A stretch of 64,000 bases of DNA from Phoronis australis (lineage: Eukaryota > Animalia > Phoronida): NCBI GenBank assembly GCA_002633005.1, contig NMRA01000587.1, forward strand, positions 133,767 to 197,766. Direction: 5' to 3'. Both the position numbers and the translations under genes were made by a program. The notes under the pieces are model-generated. The model was not told the DNA's origin, made no database searches, and worked only from the letters and a program-made list of their open reading frames with translations. Within the stretch, counting starts at the first letter, position 1; the number at the start of each line of letters is the position of its first letter. Of the stretch, positions 10,301 to 24,170 are shown piece by piece.

Positions 10301-13300
10301 CTTTTCCATGTTCAAATTTTTCGTAATCGTGGGCATTCACAGTTATGTTAGAAGTTTTTGAGAATTAAAATGTTCGTTTTCAGCTATTGTTGATGTCTGC
10401 AATTTGTAAGATTTTTCCACCTTTGTGCAGCTGTGCTTAGCAGTTAGTGTTGGGCATATAAAACTGGTCTCCCTTGTTGTTGATTTTGTTCCTCATAGAT
10501 TGCCATGAGGTGTTTTGTTTAATGGCTGTTGGGTACACATTCATCTCCTTCCAGCCATCAGTACCTGTCAAATCTGTCGATCTGATGGATGACGCTGGCC
10601 CTGTGGCTGAAGTGTTGCTGACTGTGGCCGTATATGTGCCATATGAAAGACAGTCGACGGTAATTTGTGACTTGAATTCATTCTTCTGTCTTGATGTTCC
10701 CTATTGGATAAGTTATAGACTGTGACCGTGTGCCTTAGGCGTGTTGCAATCTCCACAATGACTAGAATCCCTTTGCTCATGTCTACTGGTGGGATAGACT
10801 TGTTTTGGCACTCTGAGTATTCTTTTGCTACAATCTGGGGACAAGGAGAAATCTTGAAGCAAGATGTTTAAAATGACGTTATAAGATATCTGTTGCTCAC
10901 CCATAAGCACGCTAAATCAACTCCTAGATTTGAGGCTTTACAGGTCAATAGCGACATAGATTTCAGGCTATACAGGTCAATAGCCATGTAGATTTGAGGC
11001 TTTACAGGTTAATAGCCACGTAGATTTGAGACTCTACAGGTCAATAGCCACGTAGATTTGAGAGTCTACAGGTCAATAGCCATGTAGATTTGAGGCTCTA
11101 CAGGTCAATAGCCATGTAGATGTGAGGCTCTACAGGTCAATAGCCACAAAGATTTGAGGCTCTACAGGTCTAAAGCCACGTAGATTTAAGGCTCTACAGG
11201 TCAAAAGCCTCGTAGATTTGAGGCTCTACAGGTCAATAGCCACATCTTGAAACCAACTCGCTTTTTTGTGGAGGTAAAACAAAAAATGCATTGTATGATG
11301 GACCAGGCCATCTTTTGCACACATTTAAGCTGTCTGGGGCAAGACTAGAACTTCACTGACACTGCTGAATGACCAACTAATTCAAACAGTGATCAGCAGG
11401 CCAGCAGTGACTCGCAGTGTATTAGTGTTAGTAATTAGCTCAGAGTTAGAAACTCGTATATCAGGATGTGGCTATTAACTCAGGTCCTTCTAAAATAAAT
11501 TTGGGTCAGTGAAAACTTAACTCAATGTCAGAGCTCGTCCCATATTCTATAAATAGGCAACCTGCGTCATCCCAAAATCAAGAATCACCAGAAAGATGGT
11601 ACAGTTATTAACTGTTGATTGAAAATACAGTGTCTAAAATTTGGGAACTATGATGAATGCCAAAATTGTCCTTCTGTAAATAAGTTCTTACTGTTAGACC
11701 ATGTGTAAGTCAAATTCCAACATTTGTTTATTTCCCGGCTCAGGATGCTAGAAGAGTGTATAAATTGGCTAACTGCATACGGTATCCCAGAAATGGTCGG
11801 TCGGATAAATACGATACTTTCAGATTCTATACTCTACTTATTGTTTTAAAGTTGATTCATTTTTGCGTGAGGATCTATAGAAAACTCCTGCAGCGTTTTT
11901 GACGTTTCTTCTTGCACATTTGTATGTAGCAAAACACATGATGCGTACCACTGTTATTTTCAGATGCCCAAACCCAAGGTGGATGAGGTGTTGCTAGTCT
12001 TGGGAGGCCAGTCACTGACGGAGCTGCGCGACCGAATCAGTTGTACCTCTGATTACCAGGTGGCGGGCGAATTCTCAGAGAATCCGAATAACCCTCAGGA
12101 TATCAAAGCCAGGGTAGGCAAAATGATTTTGTTTGAGAGTTAGGGGGGTGGGTATGGCGACAGCGTCTCTCATCCTTTGCTCATAGGAGATCAGATTGTG
12201 TTTTAGGCACAGCATTTTGTCTGATTTCTATTTACATAGCAGTGCTCGACGCTATTCAAATCGCCAGAATGCATTTTGCGACCTAGCCAAAATCCCAGGT
12301 TGCATTTTCAAAATCCAGCTCGCATTCTTAAATGCCAGGTCGCAAAAATTTCCCGCCATTTTTACGCTCCAAAATCGATTTTTTAGATTACCGAGAAAAT
12401 GTATAGATTATGCTCTTACCTGCAGCGTTAAATACTGACAAATTTCAGATCACAAAATTGAGTTCGTTAATGCAGGTACGGTATTACTGTTCCTCACGAC
12501 GGCTATTGAAAGGCCCTGAAGCGCAAGGCAAGTTGCCGACGTGAAAGTTGAATCAGTGCTCCCTTACTGACACGTGCATTCGAGTAGCTACGTTTGCGAT
12601 GTGAAAAGGGAGAAAATGCCTGTTGAAAAAGTATCTGTGATTTTGCTTGGTGTGACCTGCTACTGGCTGTCATCAAAGTCATTAAAGATCCAAACTAACT
12701 CAGAGTGCAAATTTCCTCCACTTTTTGTCCGCAACCCAAATTTTGCAGCTTAACTCGACGTTTGAAAAACATTTGACCAAAAAAAAACGTGAAACGATGC
12801 CCTAACGGAATGATGTATTTGGATGCGCAGGAACAATTCAGTGTAAATTTCATAACAAAAATGTGGTACTTATGCTGTACTCAACAATTCGTTTTCTATG
12901 AAATGAATGGCCTCGAAATAATTCCCAAGTGCGTGTGGGATTCCATCGCGTAATTCCAGTTTGCTCCTCAATACCTTCCAAGTATGGGGAAAATAGGTCA
13001 GTCACGAAACGACACGCATGCCACTAGTGTTAAGTTTCTTTCGCAGGTATGAAACAAAGCTGGGATTTGATTTTTACATATTGAGAAAAGATGTTTTCGA
13101 AAAATGAATTACTTTAATTATAAAATGAGAGTGACACACTATATAGGCTGCGTATCACACGCGGTCGTTTGTCGTGCGCTATGATGGACGCTAGCCTGAA
13201 CCATGGGAGCTTAATGGGAAATTCTCAAAGGTTGAGGGGAAGCGCTTAGTAAATCAGTGACCGCTCATTACAAAACACTTCAAAGGTAGGGAGTAGGCTT

Positions 13301-16300
13301 GTGCGTGAGCATTGTCGTTAACCTGAGTGTTTGCGTTAATAAGATATTAAACGACTGCAATGGTAAGAAACGTTATAATATTACGATTTTGCAAGACAAA
13401 CTCCATCAAGTATAGGGGTGACTTTCTGGATATCGTTACCACCTACATTATACCCTTTTTAGCCACCCGGGATAATTTTTTTTTTAATTGCCCGCTTCAG
13501 CCGAAACAAGAATGTTTCTAGTGGAGTCTGAACATTTTACGGCGACGGTGGTCCGGGGAGCGAAAACTTGCCAGAGAGAAGAGAAGAATAAAAAATCGTT
13601 AACCACAATTTCACATCTAGTACCTGTTTAGTTGAAACAGCTGGCTATGGGCATAGAATATAGGGTTTAGGGAACATCGACCTCGGGAAACATTGTCACA
13701 GGAAATATCAGTTCTGGATTATATCGGTCCCAGGGAATATCGTAAAGCATCGGGTCTTTTATAACCGCCGGGAATCAGTTCATTTTCAAATAAACCACTG
13801 GCACGTACCCGGGTGCTTAACAGAGCCAAGCCGGTATACTCTTTCATTTAGGACTGTAGCTGTTCTCTTTTGATTTGCAGCTTTGAAGTCCCCCCACTTG
13901 AATCGCTGGAGCACCCAGCCTAAAATATAGGGGAGCTCGAATTCTTCCATATGCGGACCTGTTACTGAAAAAAATCAACGAGGACCAAAAAGCGGGGCCA
14001 CTAGGTTCAGGCTTGCCAATCGTGCATCCGCGCCGAATTCCTGTGGACTTTGTGAATTTTTGTCTCGTTTACTTAAGGGAGTTTTTGTTTCACTGAGGCA
14101 AACTTTTTTGCCCAATTCGCCAATTCGCCCCGATCCCCCCTGGATGCGCCCATTATTTACGCTGGCAGCAACGTGTGAAAGTCAAATCATATTTCGCGCA
14201 CGTAGCCCCAGAAATAAGGGGTTAGATAATTTCTTGGTAACTGAAAGTAAAGACGTGGCCGTCGCTTGGCGATTAATAGGGTTGTCATTTTCACTTTCAG
14301 TGGCGGATTTAGAGGGGGGCCATGCCCCCCCTAAAACTCCCAGATACCATTTGGCAGTTCGGAGGTGCGCCTTCTGACGGGCAAAATCCTGGCTAATACT
14401 CTGCCCTGGCCTCCCCCCTAAATAAAAATCCTGGATCCGCCCCTGACTTTGGCTGTCATAGGCAATAAAAAACGAGACGCACATCTCTAAGTCACGATTT
14501 TCTTCCGGGACCGCTTGCGCGCTAACAACGGGACCGAACAGTGCCGCAGTGCCGGCAATATCAGGGATGTTGTCGTGGATATTTGGTACATGTAATAAGG
14601 ACATCTTACGCAAAAAATAAACATATCTGTCCACCACAAAGTTTGATAAGTTGATCGCTTAAGAATTAGTGGAAACACCGCCGTGTTGTGACATTTTATC
14701 ACGTGTTATGCAGTGGCCTGAAACTTTCCGGCCCGAATCCATTAACTTGCAAAAGTTGTCGAAAGTGTTAGCAAATGAAACGCTTCAAAGATCAATTCTG
14801 CATATCCCATGTTCACGCGACTTGCTGACATGTACAAGTCATCGTGAGGGCTGTTCTCGGTTGGCGTTCTTTTGAACTTGGATTTGGAAACAACCAAATA
14901 ACGGTCGGATTAAAAAGGTTGCCTTCGCCTTTAACAGCAAAATTATTATAATCATTATGGGGACAAAATTATTATGACCATTATGCGGAATACATTTTAT
15001 ATCCATTATGCGGACAAAATCATTATTGTGATCATTATGCAGACAAAATTGTTATGACCATTATGCGGTCAAAATTATGACCATTATGCAGACAAAATTA
15101 TGTCGATGATCATTATGCGGACCAAATTATGTTTATGACCATTATGCGGACAAAATTATGTTGATGATCATTATGCAGACAAAATTATGTTGATGACCAT
15201 TATGTGGACAAAATTATGTTGATGATCATTATGCCAGGCGTGGGTTCAGTAGACGCTAGGACCTACGCTAGGACCTACGCTAGGACCTACGCTAGGACCT
15301 AGCTAAAGCCTAGTCAAGGTCACGTGTTCTAATTTAAAATGCACGGCAATATCTCGTGTAATCTCGCGAAGTCTTACTTTTTAGCGAGGTTCTAGTGTTA
15401 CTGAACGGGAGGCACATTTCTTTCGAGAAGTGTAAATACTCAGCTCGCATACGTTGGAAATTCCAGGTCGCATTTAGCGACTTGATACGAGCTGACAAAA
15501 ATCTCAGCTCGCATTTCCAAATTACAGGTCGCAAATGCGACCTGCAGCTCGTTATGTCGAGCCCTGCATAGCTTTCAGCTTATTAATGGCACTGAGATCA
15601 TTATATCTGTATGTAGATCCCGTGATTTTCCATTTTTGCAGCTACCTGGTCTGAAGTTTATCCAGGATTTCAAAAATAAGACCTTCCTTATACTAGGTTT
15701 CCTTGTTTTTTCTGGGCATCCACGACCAATGGTGTGTAAGTGCATTTTGATGACCATTGCCAAATTGGTGCTAGTGCGACATGTTGTGGCCGGAACATGG
15801 TTCTGCAAATAAAATTTTTCACACCTTAGATTATTTCAAATCCAACTTCCTTCTTTTGAATAGGCCAGTGAGTTCGTAGAGCCATTGGTAGTACGTTAAA
15901 AGTCAGCGAAAACCATGTTTACTGGCTTTTTGTACTTGTGCTTTGCAAATGCTGAACAGGGCGTCCAAGGTGTTTGTAAATTTGAGTCGGAGTGTCCATT
16001 TGGAGCTCATGGCATGTATTTGTGCAGAAGTTTTGAAGTGCATTGCTGATGAATGATTGTTTCATGGTTTGTTCCACCCTAGCACATGAACCGAAGCAGA
16101 GGTTTTCAAAGGTGGTCGTGCGTGAGGTTTTAACACGTTCGACCCTAAATCCAACATATGGGGTGGCAGTATGAATTTAGAGTTGGTTGCCTACAAGTTG
16201 TGTCATGTAAACGACATCCCTCGAAGTTGAACATAGGTATGAGAAAATACACAGTCAGCCCTATCATCTATTTTAATTTAAGAAATTTTAGAATGAAAGA

Positions 16301-19300
16301 TATCCCCAGTTCATAGTCTAATGAAAGTGAGGACATTTGAACCTCCCTAAGTATTACTACTCATCACTGATTATACTGAAGCCTGCTTTGACGATTTCAT
16401 CAGAAAAATTTCTCACCCTCTGAGCATCTCTTGGGCGTGGCCTTTATGTGGAAATCTCCGTTCTTAACCATGTGGTATCTGCATCTCAGGATCTGTACAA
16501 GTCGGGGTTCTTCTTCATCGAAGGTACATTTTACAATGATATGAGACACGGAGCTGAAAGTACTGACTACAGCAAGTAAGTGATTGACACTCACCTGAAT
16601 ATAAGGCTTGGCTATTATATTGTAATTCTAGTTTGATAGGTGCTTAGTTAAAAGGCACATGTTCCCAATAGGTTCTTAGAGATATCCTTAAGCTCAGACT
16701 TATCAACAAAAATCACCTTCTCTCTTCCCATGTGCAGTGTTTGGATAATGTAAAGATGGCTTCATGTTGTAATTATTCATAAACAATGGAATACTTTCTA
16801 GTGATCCTTTGAAGTTTTGCGTTTGACTTTCTTAGTTTTCCGCTGATGCTCGTCCCTAGATTTTGTTGCAAATTTTTCCAGTCTTGTGTAGGCCTTGGGT
16901 TTATCATAGATTTGAACTCTTCAGTACACTTTGTCACTAATTTCAAATATGAGGTAAACAAATACGAAATGATTATTCATCCATTTGCAATTCTATTGTA
17001 AAGTGCAGAGTGTGTTTTACAATGTCACGAATGAACTCTTTTTACATGAAGTACAGTTAATGAATACCTTTGGAAAAGTGATGAAATTTGGCTTTGTGGG
17101 AGCATCATATCTCAAAATTTTCATGTTTACAAATGAAACTCTTGATACTAATTCCAAAGCACTTTCTGGAATTGTTTGAAATGTGTTTCATTTTTGTATA
17201 AGCTGGTGTGAAATGTCGAATTTTTGTAACAACAAAACACCGTGACCCTAATTTGAAGTATTTAAACACCAAAATTTAAAAACGTTTAGTTTTGCCTTTT
17301 TATTAGAACGTGTTTGTCAGGTTTTTAATGTTTTTCAATTTTAACAATAATTTTCATACATCATCCTATTTTCAGGGTAATTATTGACTGGGCTAGAGAT
17401 CCAAGGAGAGGCATTGGACCGTTCACTACTGCTCTGATGGAAGACACAAAGTTCATTGACCTTAACATTCGCCTGGGTCAGCCATATTTGTATCAACACC
17501 AAGGCAACTGTGAACATTTAATTGTTTTCAAAGACATGAGGTTAGGCTTTGATTTTTCTCAAAAATCTCTTGACTGTTCTTTTTGTCACAAAGAAATGAT
17601 AAAGTTTTGGGACCGGAGATTGGCAAATATGACAACTGTCATTCCAAATAAGCCCAATTTTTGTATGTTATACATCAAAATGAATTGTTCCCTTACCTTG
17701 TTGATAGGATTCTCTGTTTCCGTTATGAACAAGAACATGGAAACCGTCATCAACTCAAACACTTGTTGTTTATTGGTGTTGCCAACCCTAAAGTTTCAGC
17801 TCATTCTTGAGTTCGTTGCCAACTCCTTTGGCAATTAAATCAGGTGAGCATAATTTAATGATTCTAATCCCCGAAGTACTGACAGCTAAACGTGGATGAA
17901 ATGCAGCTCTTAAATTTTTGCATTGCTAAAAATTGTGCTTTTCTGTTGCTGTATTGCCGGATTTCACAACCATGACAAAATCCTGCATTCGTGAATATCG
18001 TACCTGTCATCACTTGCCGTATTTTTTTGATAAGGTGTCCTCCACATCTCCTGGCGAGAATGATTGAATTGAAAATGAATTGATGTTTTGTAGGCTGATG
18101 TCTGGCGAGGACACTCAGGATATGAATCAGTACCCTCTCTGTATCTTCAGGTTTCACCACCTCAGGGTGCCTTGTGTTATCTGTCAAACTCTCACTGCAA
18201 AGTAAGTATTACCTAGAACTTGTCTAGTCCAGATTACGATTACTGTGCTGCTACAGTAGTGTAATTTGTTTTTTGTGACTTAACTGTGCCCATTTTAAAC
18301 GTGTAGATTTGCTTTATTTAAAACAGCATCTTTAAGGTGAGATTTTCTTTAAAACATTGTATCATTAATAATTGTGAAAACTACCAAATGTTTACAGTCA
18401 AGAGCGTTAGTTCCTGTTTCCAAGTCCGCAAAAACAACTTGTGATTTAGGACTGTCATCACTTGACTATATTGCTTGTCCATGATTCGTTTTTAGTCTGG
18501 AACTTGTGTTTCAAGGTAATGTGTGCCTTGTTTATCAAGGATTATGACATTTGTTTGAGACACTTAATGCGTTCCTGATCAAAGACACTTTTGTATGGTA
18601 ATATCTGTGGATGTCTAGACTTACCTTCCAGGGCAACTAATATATAGTTTTTACCTGCCGGGGCTGTTTCATCTATGTTGCACGGATTGGTTTCACCACT
18701 TGGCATGCACTATGCCCCCTGTTGTTGAATTTAGTAGGATTTTCAGTCTCATGTGGGAAGATGACATGCCTATGCTGAAATCGAACTCTAAATTATTTTT
18801 GACATTTTATATTCAACTTTAATATAAGTTTCTCTGATTATGGTTCTGTGTTCAAGTACATCTAGAGCTATAAGTTCAAACATCATCTCACAATCTTAAA
18901 CTTGAGCTCAAATATAAGATTCATGAAGTGTTAATTTGGCATAGAGACTGATCTGTGAATACCATCATACATCAAAGAGCACAATGGTGGACCCTTGTCT
19001 TGAACTGGTGCTCAGAAGAAGAGAAAATCATGTCAAAAAATTTCCAAAATCTCAACGCATTGTTAAAAATGGTCACGCTGTCATCTTGTCTTTGTTGATG
19101 ACAGATGTACGATATGAACTTTACAAATACATGAAATTTAGTAAAGTTAAATCCAGTTTTTTACTTGAATTTTGTGCTAAAATGCAATTCTGCTGCTCTG
19201 ACATGTGTCATTGTGTGGTACTAACTAGAAGAAATCTTTTGTCCGCTTCATTTGCTTCAAAGGTTCCTACATGTACAACTGTACTAGGCATCTAGCCTTG

Positions 19301-19560
19301 TGTTTCAGTGGGTACACTAGTTCATTAGACTGTACCACTTTCCTTATTTAACCACTGAGGTTGAACTATTATTGTTGATAAAGAAATGTTTTACCTGTTC
19401 CAGGTGGCAAGTTCGCAAGTGTGTGCTGGCACCTAAAGACCCTTGTCACATGTGCGACGCGTGTTTCCGCGCATTTCTCTACGACAAAGACAATTGTAAA
19501 GTGGTCGATTTTGAGGCTTACCCATTCATCGACAGAACGGCCATAATCCCGAGGAGTTAG
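7394..19560 (+). CDS. SNAPC3: snRNA-activating protein complex subunit 3 (SNAP50), 9 exons, 380 aa
   Basis: Exons 7394-7578, 8928-9014, 9673-9772, 10555-10659, 11964-12113, 16490-16575, 17376-17540, 18094-18201 and 19404-19560 sum to 1143 nt in one frame. Motifs: LVLGGQSLTELRDRISC, GEFS, DLYKSGFFFIEGTFYND, RLGQPYLYQHQGNCEH, C..C and PKDPCHMCDACF..AYPF (SNAP50 zinc finger). AATAAA at 19889. Confidence 0.95.
7964..8007. repeat. (GT)n/(GTGC)n microsatellite
   Basis: Direct reading, SNAPC3 intron 1. Confidence 0.9.
10925..11244. repeat. 32-bp minisatellite, 10 copies (TAGATTTGAGGCTCTACAGGTCAATAGCCACG)
   Basis: Units start at 10925, 10957 ... 11213 with an exact 32-bp period and no spacers; SNAPC3 intron 4. 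Confidence 0.95.
14298..14445. mobile_element. 148-bp MITE, CAG...CTG termini, 5-bp TSD
   Basis: acttt|CAGTGGCGGAT ... ATCCGCCCCTG|acttt. Confidence 0.8.
14940..15234. repeat. Degenerate array (~10 units) of the 29-bp satellite also present at 58035-59037
   Basis: Repeated GACAAAATTATGTTGATGA(T/C)CATTATGC units. Confidence 0.9.
15238..15412. mobile_element. ~140-bp MITE family copy 2, with a 12-bp unit (CGCTAGGACCTA) expanded to 4 copies
   Basis: Aligns by eye to 6597-6735 and 40210-40343. Confidence 0.75.
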
Positions 19561-22500
19561 CACACAATGAGCTTATGACAACGATTTGCCCCTGAAGGAA
19601 GCAGTCGGCATTCAGAGCAGCGTGTCCTTTCCAGTTTTTATTATAAGATTTTGTAGGACCTTAGAAGTATGTCCAGATATGGCCAACTTTGGAACATCAT
19701 ATCTCAGGAGGGGTGATCGGACTCATATACTTTCAAATACTGTGCTTTTATTGCCTTCTCCAGGTGCAGGTGCTAGAAAAATGGACTTCATAATGTGATG
19801 AAAAAAGTCGACTTAAAGTTGCAAATGATAATTTTGAAAATACTAAAAGCATTTGCGAGATTTCATCTTCAAGATTCATAATGCATGTAATAAAAATTTA
19901 TTCATGTTTTGACAACGGGGTTTTGCTATTGAGGTACTTTCACTTTTTGCTAAGTATTACAAAAAGGACATGGTCACATGTCCCAATATAGTCATTTATG
20001 GCAGATTGATGAAATGAAGCCAAAAATTGAATCTACAGCCGTTCTACTTTCAGAAAAAACTATAGTTTTGTAGATATTTGGGTATTGATACACATACTTA
20101 TCACCAAGGTCGTACATAACATTAAAGCTGAATGCAAACAATGGACTCTGTCTGTCAACAATAACTTGATTGAGTCCACTTGCTAAAGTTTATAAAGTTG
20201 GTCTTAGATTGGTCCTTGCTCGGGTTGTACAAGATTTCCAAGCTTGTTAAGAATTGTCACTTCGTTAGTACACAAGAAAAAGTTGGCTTGTCATGGGAAG
20301 TCATTTAGTGAGCCTACCGTGGTGTGGAGCAACAGCATATCGACAGTTCTTTCCAAGACTGGAAATCAGTTGAATTCTGAATGCAGAACATGTTAAAACA
20401 AGTTCTATTGAGGAGAATGTTCTAAATGAAAAATTAAGGTTTGTTTGATAGATGATCAGGCTTAGAATGTGTAAAGTCCATCGCAGTGCCATCTATTGTT
20501 ATTTTGGGTTCGTATTGTTTTTTATGTGATGTAGAATTTCTTACCTAATGACGATAATGGAATGAGCCGAATGGATTTCTTTGATAGCTTCACTGGAAAG
20601 ATTTGTCCCCGCGAATGCGATTTGTTCCCGTTTGAAGTTTTCCTTGATATGACCTTGACCTATTAACTCTTTAAAAGTGAAATTAAGAAATATGTTTATC
20701 CAGGCTGTCAAACTTGGCACTTGTTGCGTATATGCAACTGAAAGGAAGTGGTGAAGATTTTGAGGAGCAGCCTTTTGGTTTTCTGTTACGTTTCTGTCTC
20801 ATAACTTAGTTGTAATGTACCAGAGCGGTCAGAAAGTGGTGTTGAGTGTATACTTGTATGGGCTCTTGTTGTAGCACTTGGTATATAGACACTGTTTAGA
20901 CTTTTAGTCTGGCCTGTCGTACATGGATTGTTCATAATTGGTTTAGACAGTGGCGCAAACAAAAATAGGTCATACAGTACCAAAGGGCGCGTATTGTTTC
21001 CCAGGGTTGGGAAAAAGCCTAATTACACCTCTGGCTGGTATTTGGATGAACTTTTCCACGGTGATATTTTTTACATCGTGTGGTTTTCGTTATAATTGTT
21101 TGTCACTACAATAGTAAGATTATTTGTGGCTAAATTGAGCTACTCCACTGAGGTTGAAGTTTTCATCTGGGTCTTGACTTAATTTGTGTTAGGCTGATTG
21201 AGATTTGAAGTCCAGTCTGAGAGATTTAATCAGCATATTTTCTAATTTCATGATTAAACATTAGTGGAGGAGAGGGGCTTCTGAGCTTTTGAATCTGAGA
21301 TGACATAGACATCCAGAGTGGAGGTGAAATGTCTTCATGATAATGAACTGTGAGTGATCAACGTGCCTGATACTATTGTTAGTGTTGAACAAGTTTATTT
21401 TCGAAATAAAGTGTTTTCATACAATGGTGAATCTTGTGTTAGCTATGTTTTGGTAAAATCAGTGACAATTTTACGGAAATGTGCATGTGCCTGGATGCAA
21501 TGTATTGCGATCAGGTTTCAAAATGCATTCTTTGGGGTTCTTATTTCTTTTCTGTGGGACACTTCTGGTAATGCCCTGGTCTCCGATATGGTCCAGTCTT
21601 TGCGCTTATTAAGGCTCCTGTGCCTACACCTGTAGTGAAATAATACGCGGGTGTATGGATGCGCCTAACTTAATGAATTGTTCCGTCCGCAATGTTGGTA
21701 GTTTTCAGGACAAGGTACGCCCAACGTGTTTTCCGTTGACCGGACACGCTAAGCATCGGAAAGCTATGAGCGAGTAAGCTGTGCTCAGCATACATGTATC
21801 TGGGGTTAGTAATCATTTTCTCTTGAAAGGGACACTTATGTTAGCCACAGCCCTCAGCATTGCTTGTACTTCAACTGATTTCTAAAAGTTATCGAATTTA
21901 AGACTGCATGTGGCCGCACTGAAGATGGTCAAAATTAAAAAAGAAGCACATATGCGGGTGTGCATTACATGGCCTTTTTTCGTGAATTCAAAAAATGTCG
22001 AGTAATGTCCAGTTCCTTGGGTAAAAAGTTTTGCCCCTTCTATAAAACAACTACCAGGATGTTATGTTGTTTCATGGCGGATCTGCCAACAGGATACACG
22101 GTATCCAGAACTTGAAGTGTGTGTTAGCGTACGAAAACACGTATAAAGATGTCGCTCTTGAACTTTATAAAATCATTGAACACGATTTGCTTATCAATTG
22201 TCCAACTTGTGAACATATGGCAATGAACACGGTAGTCTTCCATCACAAATCACTGGTCAATTTCCTTTAGAGGCTTGCCATTATGACATATAGACCTAAA
22301 CAATTCTTTCGGGGCTTTGAAAGATCTGGCGCTTCAGTTACTGCTAGTAACCAGTGTAGATGTTTTCTTTCATGTCCTGTCGTTTCATGTGCCGAGCATT
22401 GCGGTCTCGAGGAATGGAACGAACTGCCAGCTCTTTGCAAGCCTAAAAATCGCTTTTCGTATCGGAAGGGAACAAAACCATACCAGTTTTATAGCGCTAA

Positions 22501-23237
22501 ATTATCTAAGTCAGAAGTTGTCTTCTTGAGCCGCAGGTGAAATTATAGCCGTTTTAACCAGCCTGGTTTGAAGCAATACTAAACGACCTCTTAGTTCTCA
22601 AGTACAGACATTATTTTCAATCTGACTACAAGAAAAACACGAATCCGATTTTATAACAGCAAGTGTCCTAAATCTTTTTTTTTAACAGATGACACGGGTT
22701 TATTGACTCTTTAACTTCAGTACTTTGCATCGGGTGCTTATAATAGTAGCCGGTACTGGGGCTATAAAAAGCTACAAGTGGGCATACTGTACCTCTATTG
22801 GCGTTTTGACCTAGTATAAGTCGAGTAATAAAATGACTAACGATTTTGACCCACTGTTATCAGGCTTCGGTTAATTTTTAACTGATAACAGAAGAAACAA
22901 GCTAACATATTGCAGGGGTATTTTGTGCTGTCGGCAAACAACTTATAAGTTTTGGTTTTGATTTTACATTTAATTTTAAGTCGTCGGATATTTCCAGCCA
23001 GTTTCAGTTGAAAACTTTCGGTTATGGAAGAAAGTGATATCAGTATTAGTCCAGTATAAGGGACGTATAGCAATGATCACCCGGACACAAACACTATACA
23101 CCATATTGGTGGACCCTTCCGTAACAGCCTAGATAACATATCTTGTTTACTACGCACGCACTCTACATCCTCAGCAACCATACACGATCGTACGACATTC
23201 GCTTTAGAGAGAAATCGACGCCAAGACGGTTAAGATT

Positions 23238-24170
23238 ATGACAACGAACACTGAATTTGTTTCGGAATATATAACTTCCACTGGGCCATCGAGCACGACA
23301 GGCTCCCCTTTTAATGACTCGTGGTCACTAACTCGCGTTGGTCACATGATATGGGCCGCTGCATGTCTGATAGCCCTCCTATTCATGGTCATATTCCGTG
23401 GTCGACCTTCCAATGGGTTCTGTCTGACGTACTCCTACTTCCTCGTAGCTCACGTTGCCACGTCGACAATTTCTCTTGTACGCGATGCAATCTCCGAAGA
23501 TGCGATAACGACAACGAAGAACACGGTGATGGTCTTGGAGTGGTGGAACGATATTTTAACGATTCTTGCAGCTGGGGTGCTGATTCGCCTCTTCGTGTTG
23601 CTTGCTGTCAGGAGAAACGAGGGCATCCTAATCAAACTCTCTTGGGCTTTAACAGCTGTGGTGTGGGGAGCTGCCACCACACTTCAGAAGCTTGAATCCA
23701 ATAAGGAATATTTTGATAAGTACCTCACCAAGGCGTTTTACTTATTTGGTTTCGCGCTGTTTTGGATCGCCGTTCTGCGAGAATGGTGCCAGGCTCTGTG
23801 CTGCACGACAAAATCTGCCGAAGATCTTGACCTGCCTAAAGGATGTCTGGCCGGATACAGCAAAAGATTGTTCACGTGTCTTGGGTCAGTCGCAGTTCTC
23901 GTGGGGCTCATAGACTACGTGTTTGCTGCCGTTGCAGAAATAACACTTCTCGAAAAAAATCTACTTGATATTGAGATTTGGGAGTATAATTTCCTTAGCC
24001 GCCTACTTGATTCGGTTATATTCACTCCTTTTATGGTCGTGTTTTTGATTTGGGCAGACTGTTCGGCGAACATCAAGATGAAGAAAAAGTTTGACGACAT
24101 TGGACCTTTTGATGGCTTGGAGTCGACAAATGGCATTGGTGTACAAAATATTGCTTTTGACTCCACATGA
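23238..24170 (+). CDS. Orphan 7-TM membrane protein, intronless, paralog A (310 aa)
   Basis: Long ORF with a Ser/Thr-rich N-terminus bearing an NDS sequon and seven hydrophobic segments. Colinear with the paralog at 28420 (RPSNG.CLTY, WW.DIL, EWC.A.CC, IWEY.FLSRLLDSVI, IWADC, N.AFD). Confidence 0.85.
   Translation: MTTNTEFVSEYITSTGPSSTTGSPFNDSWSLTRVGHMIWAAACLIALLFMVIFRGRPSNGFCLTYSYFLVAHVATSTISLVRDAISEDAITTTKNTVMVLEWWNDILTILAAGVLIRLFVLLAVRRNEGILIKLSWALTAVVWGAATTLQKLESNKEYFDKYLTKAFYLFGFALFWIAVLREWCQALCCTTKSAEDLDLPKGCLAGYSKRLFTCLGSVAVLVGLIDYVFAAVAEITLLEKNLLDIEIWEYNFLSRLLDSVIFTPFMVVFLIWADCSANIKMKKKFDDIGPFDGLESTNGIGVQNIAFDST

Larger units (their letters stand above)
12240..15566. mobile_element. 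3.3-kb non-autonomous hAT-like DNA transposon with 5-bp TSD, carrying nested MITEs and a satellite
   Basis: catag|CAGTGCTCGAC ... GTCGAGCCCTG|catag. Subterminal GCGAC/GTCGC/CTCGCA repeats at both ends; no transposase ORF. Confidence 0.75.

Noticed and set aside
10925-11244. CRISPR-like regular 32-bp repeats
   Set aside because: Units are head-to-tail with no unique spacers, there are no cas genes, and the array sits in a eukaryotic intron; it is a minisatellite.
14182-14637. 151-aa ORF
   Set aside because: Crosses a nested MITE inside a non-autonomous transposon; no domain recognised.
16461-16489. U12-like branch point TTCTTAACC before SNAPC3 exon 6
   Set aside because: The donor of this intron is GTAGGC, not GTATCCTT, so it is a U2-type intron.
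23980-24020. TM7 YNFLSRLLDS resembles the heliorhodopsin Y..LS...KS pattern
   Set aside because: The retinal-binding Lys position is Asp in both paralogs and the N-terminus looks extracellular, so not a rhodopsin on present evidence.
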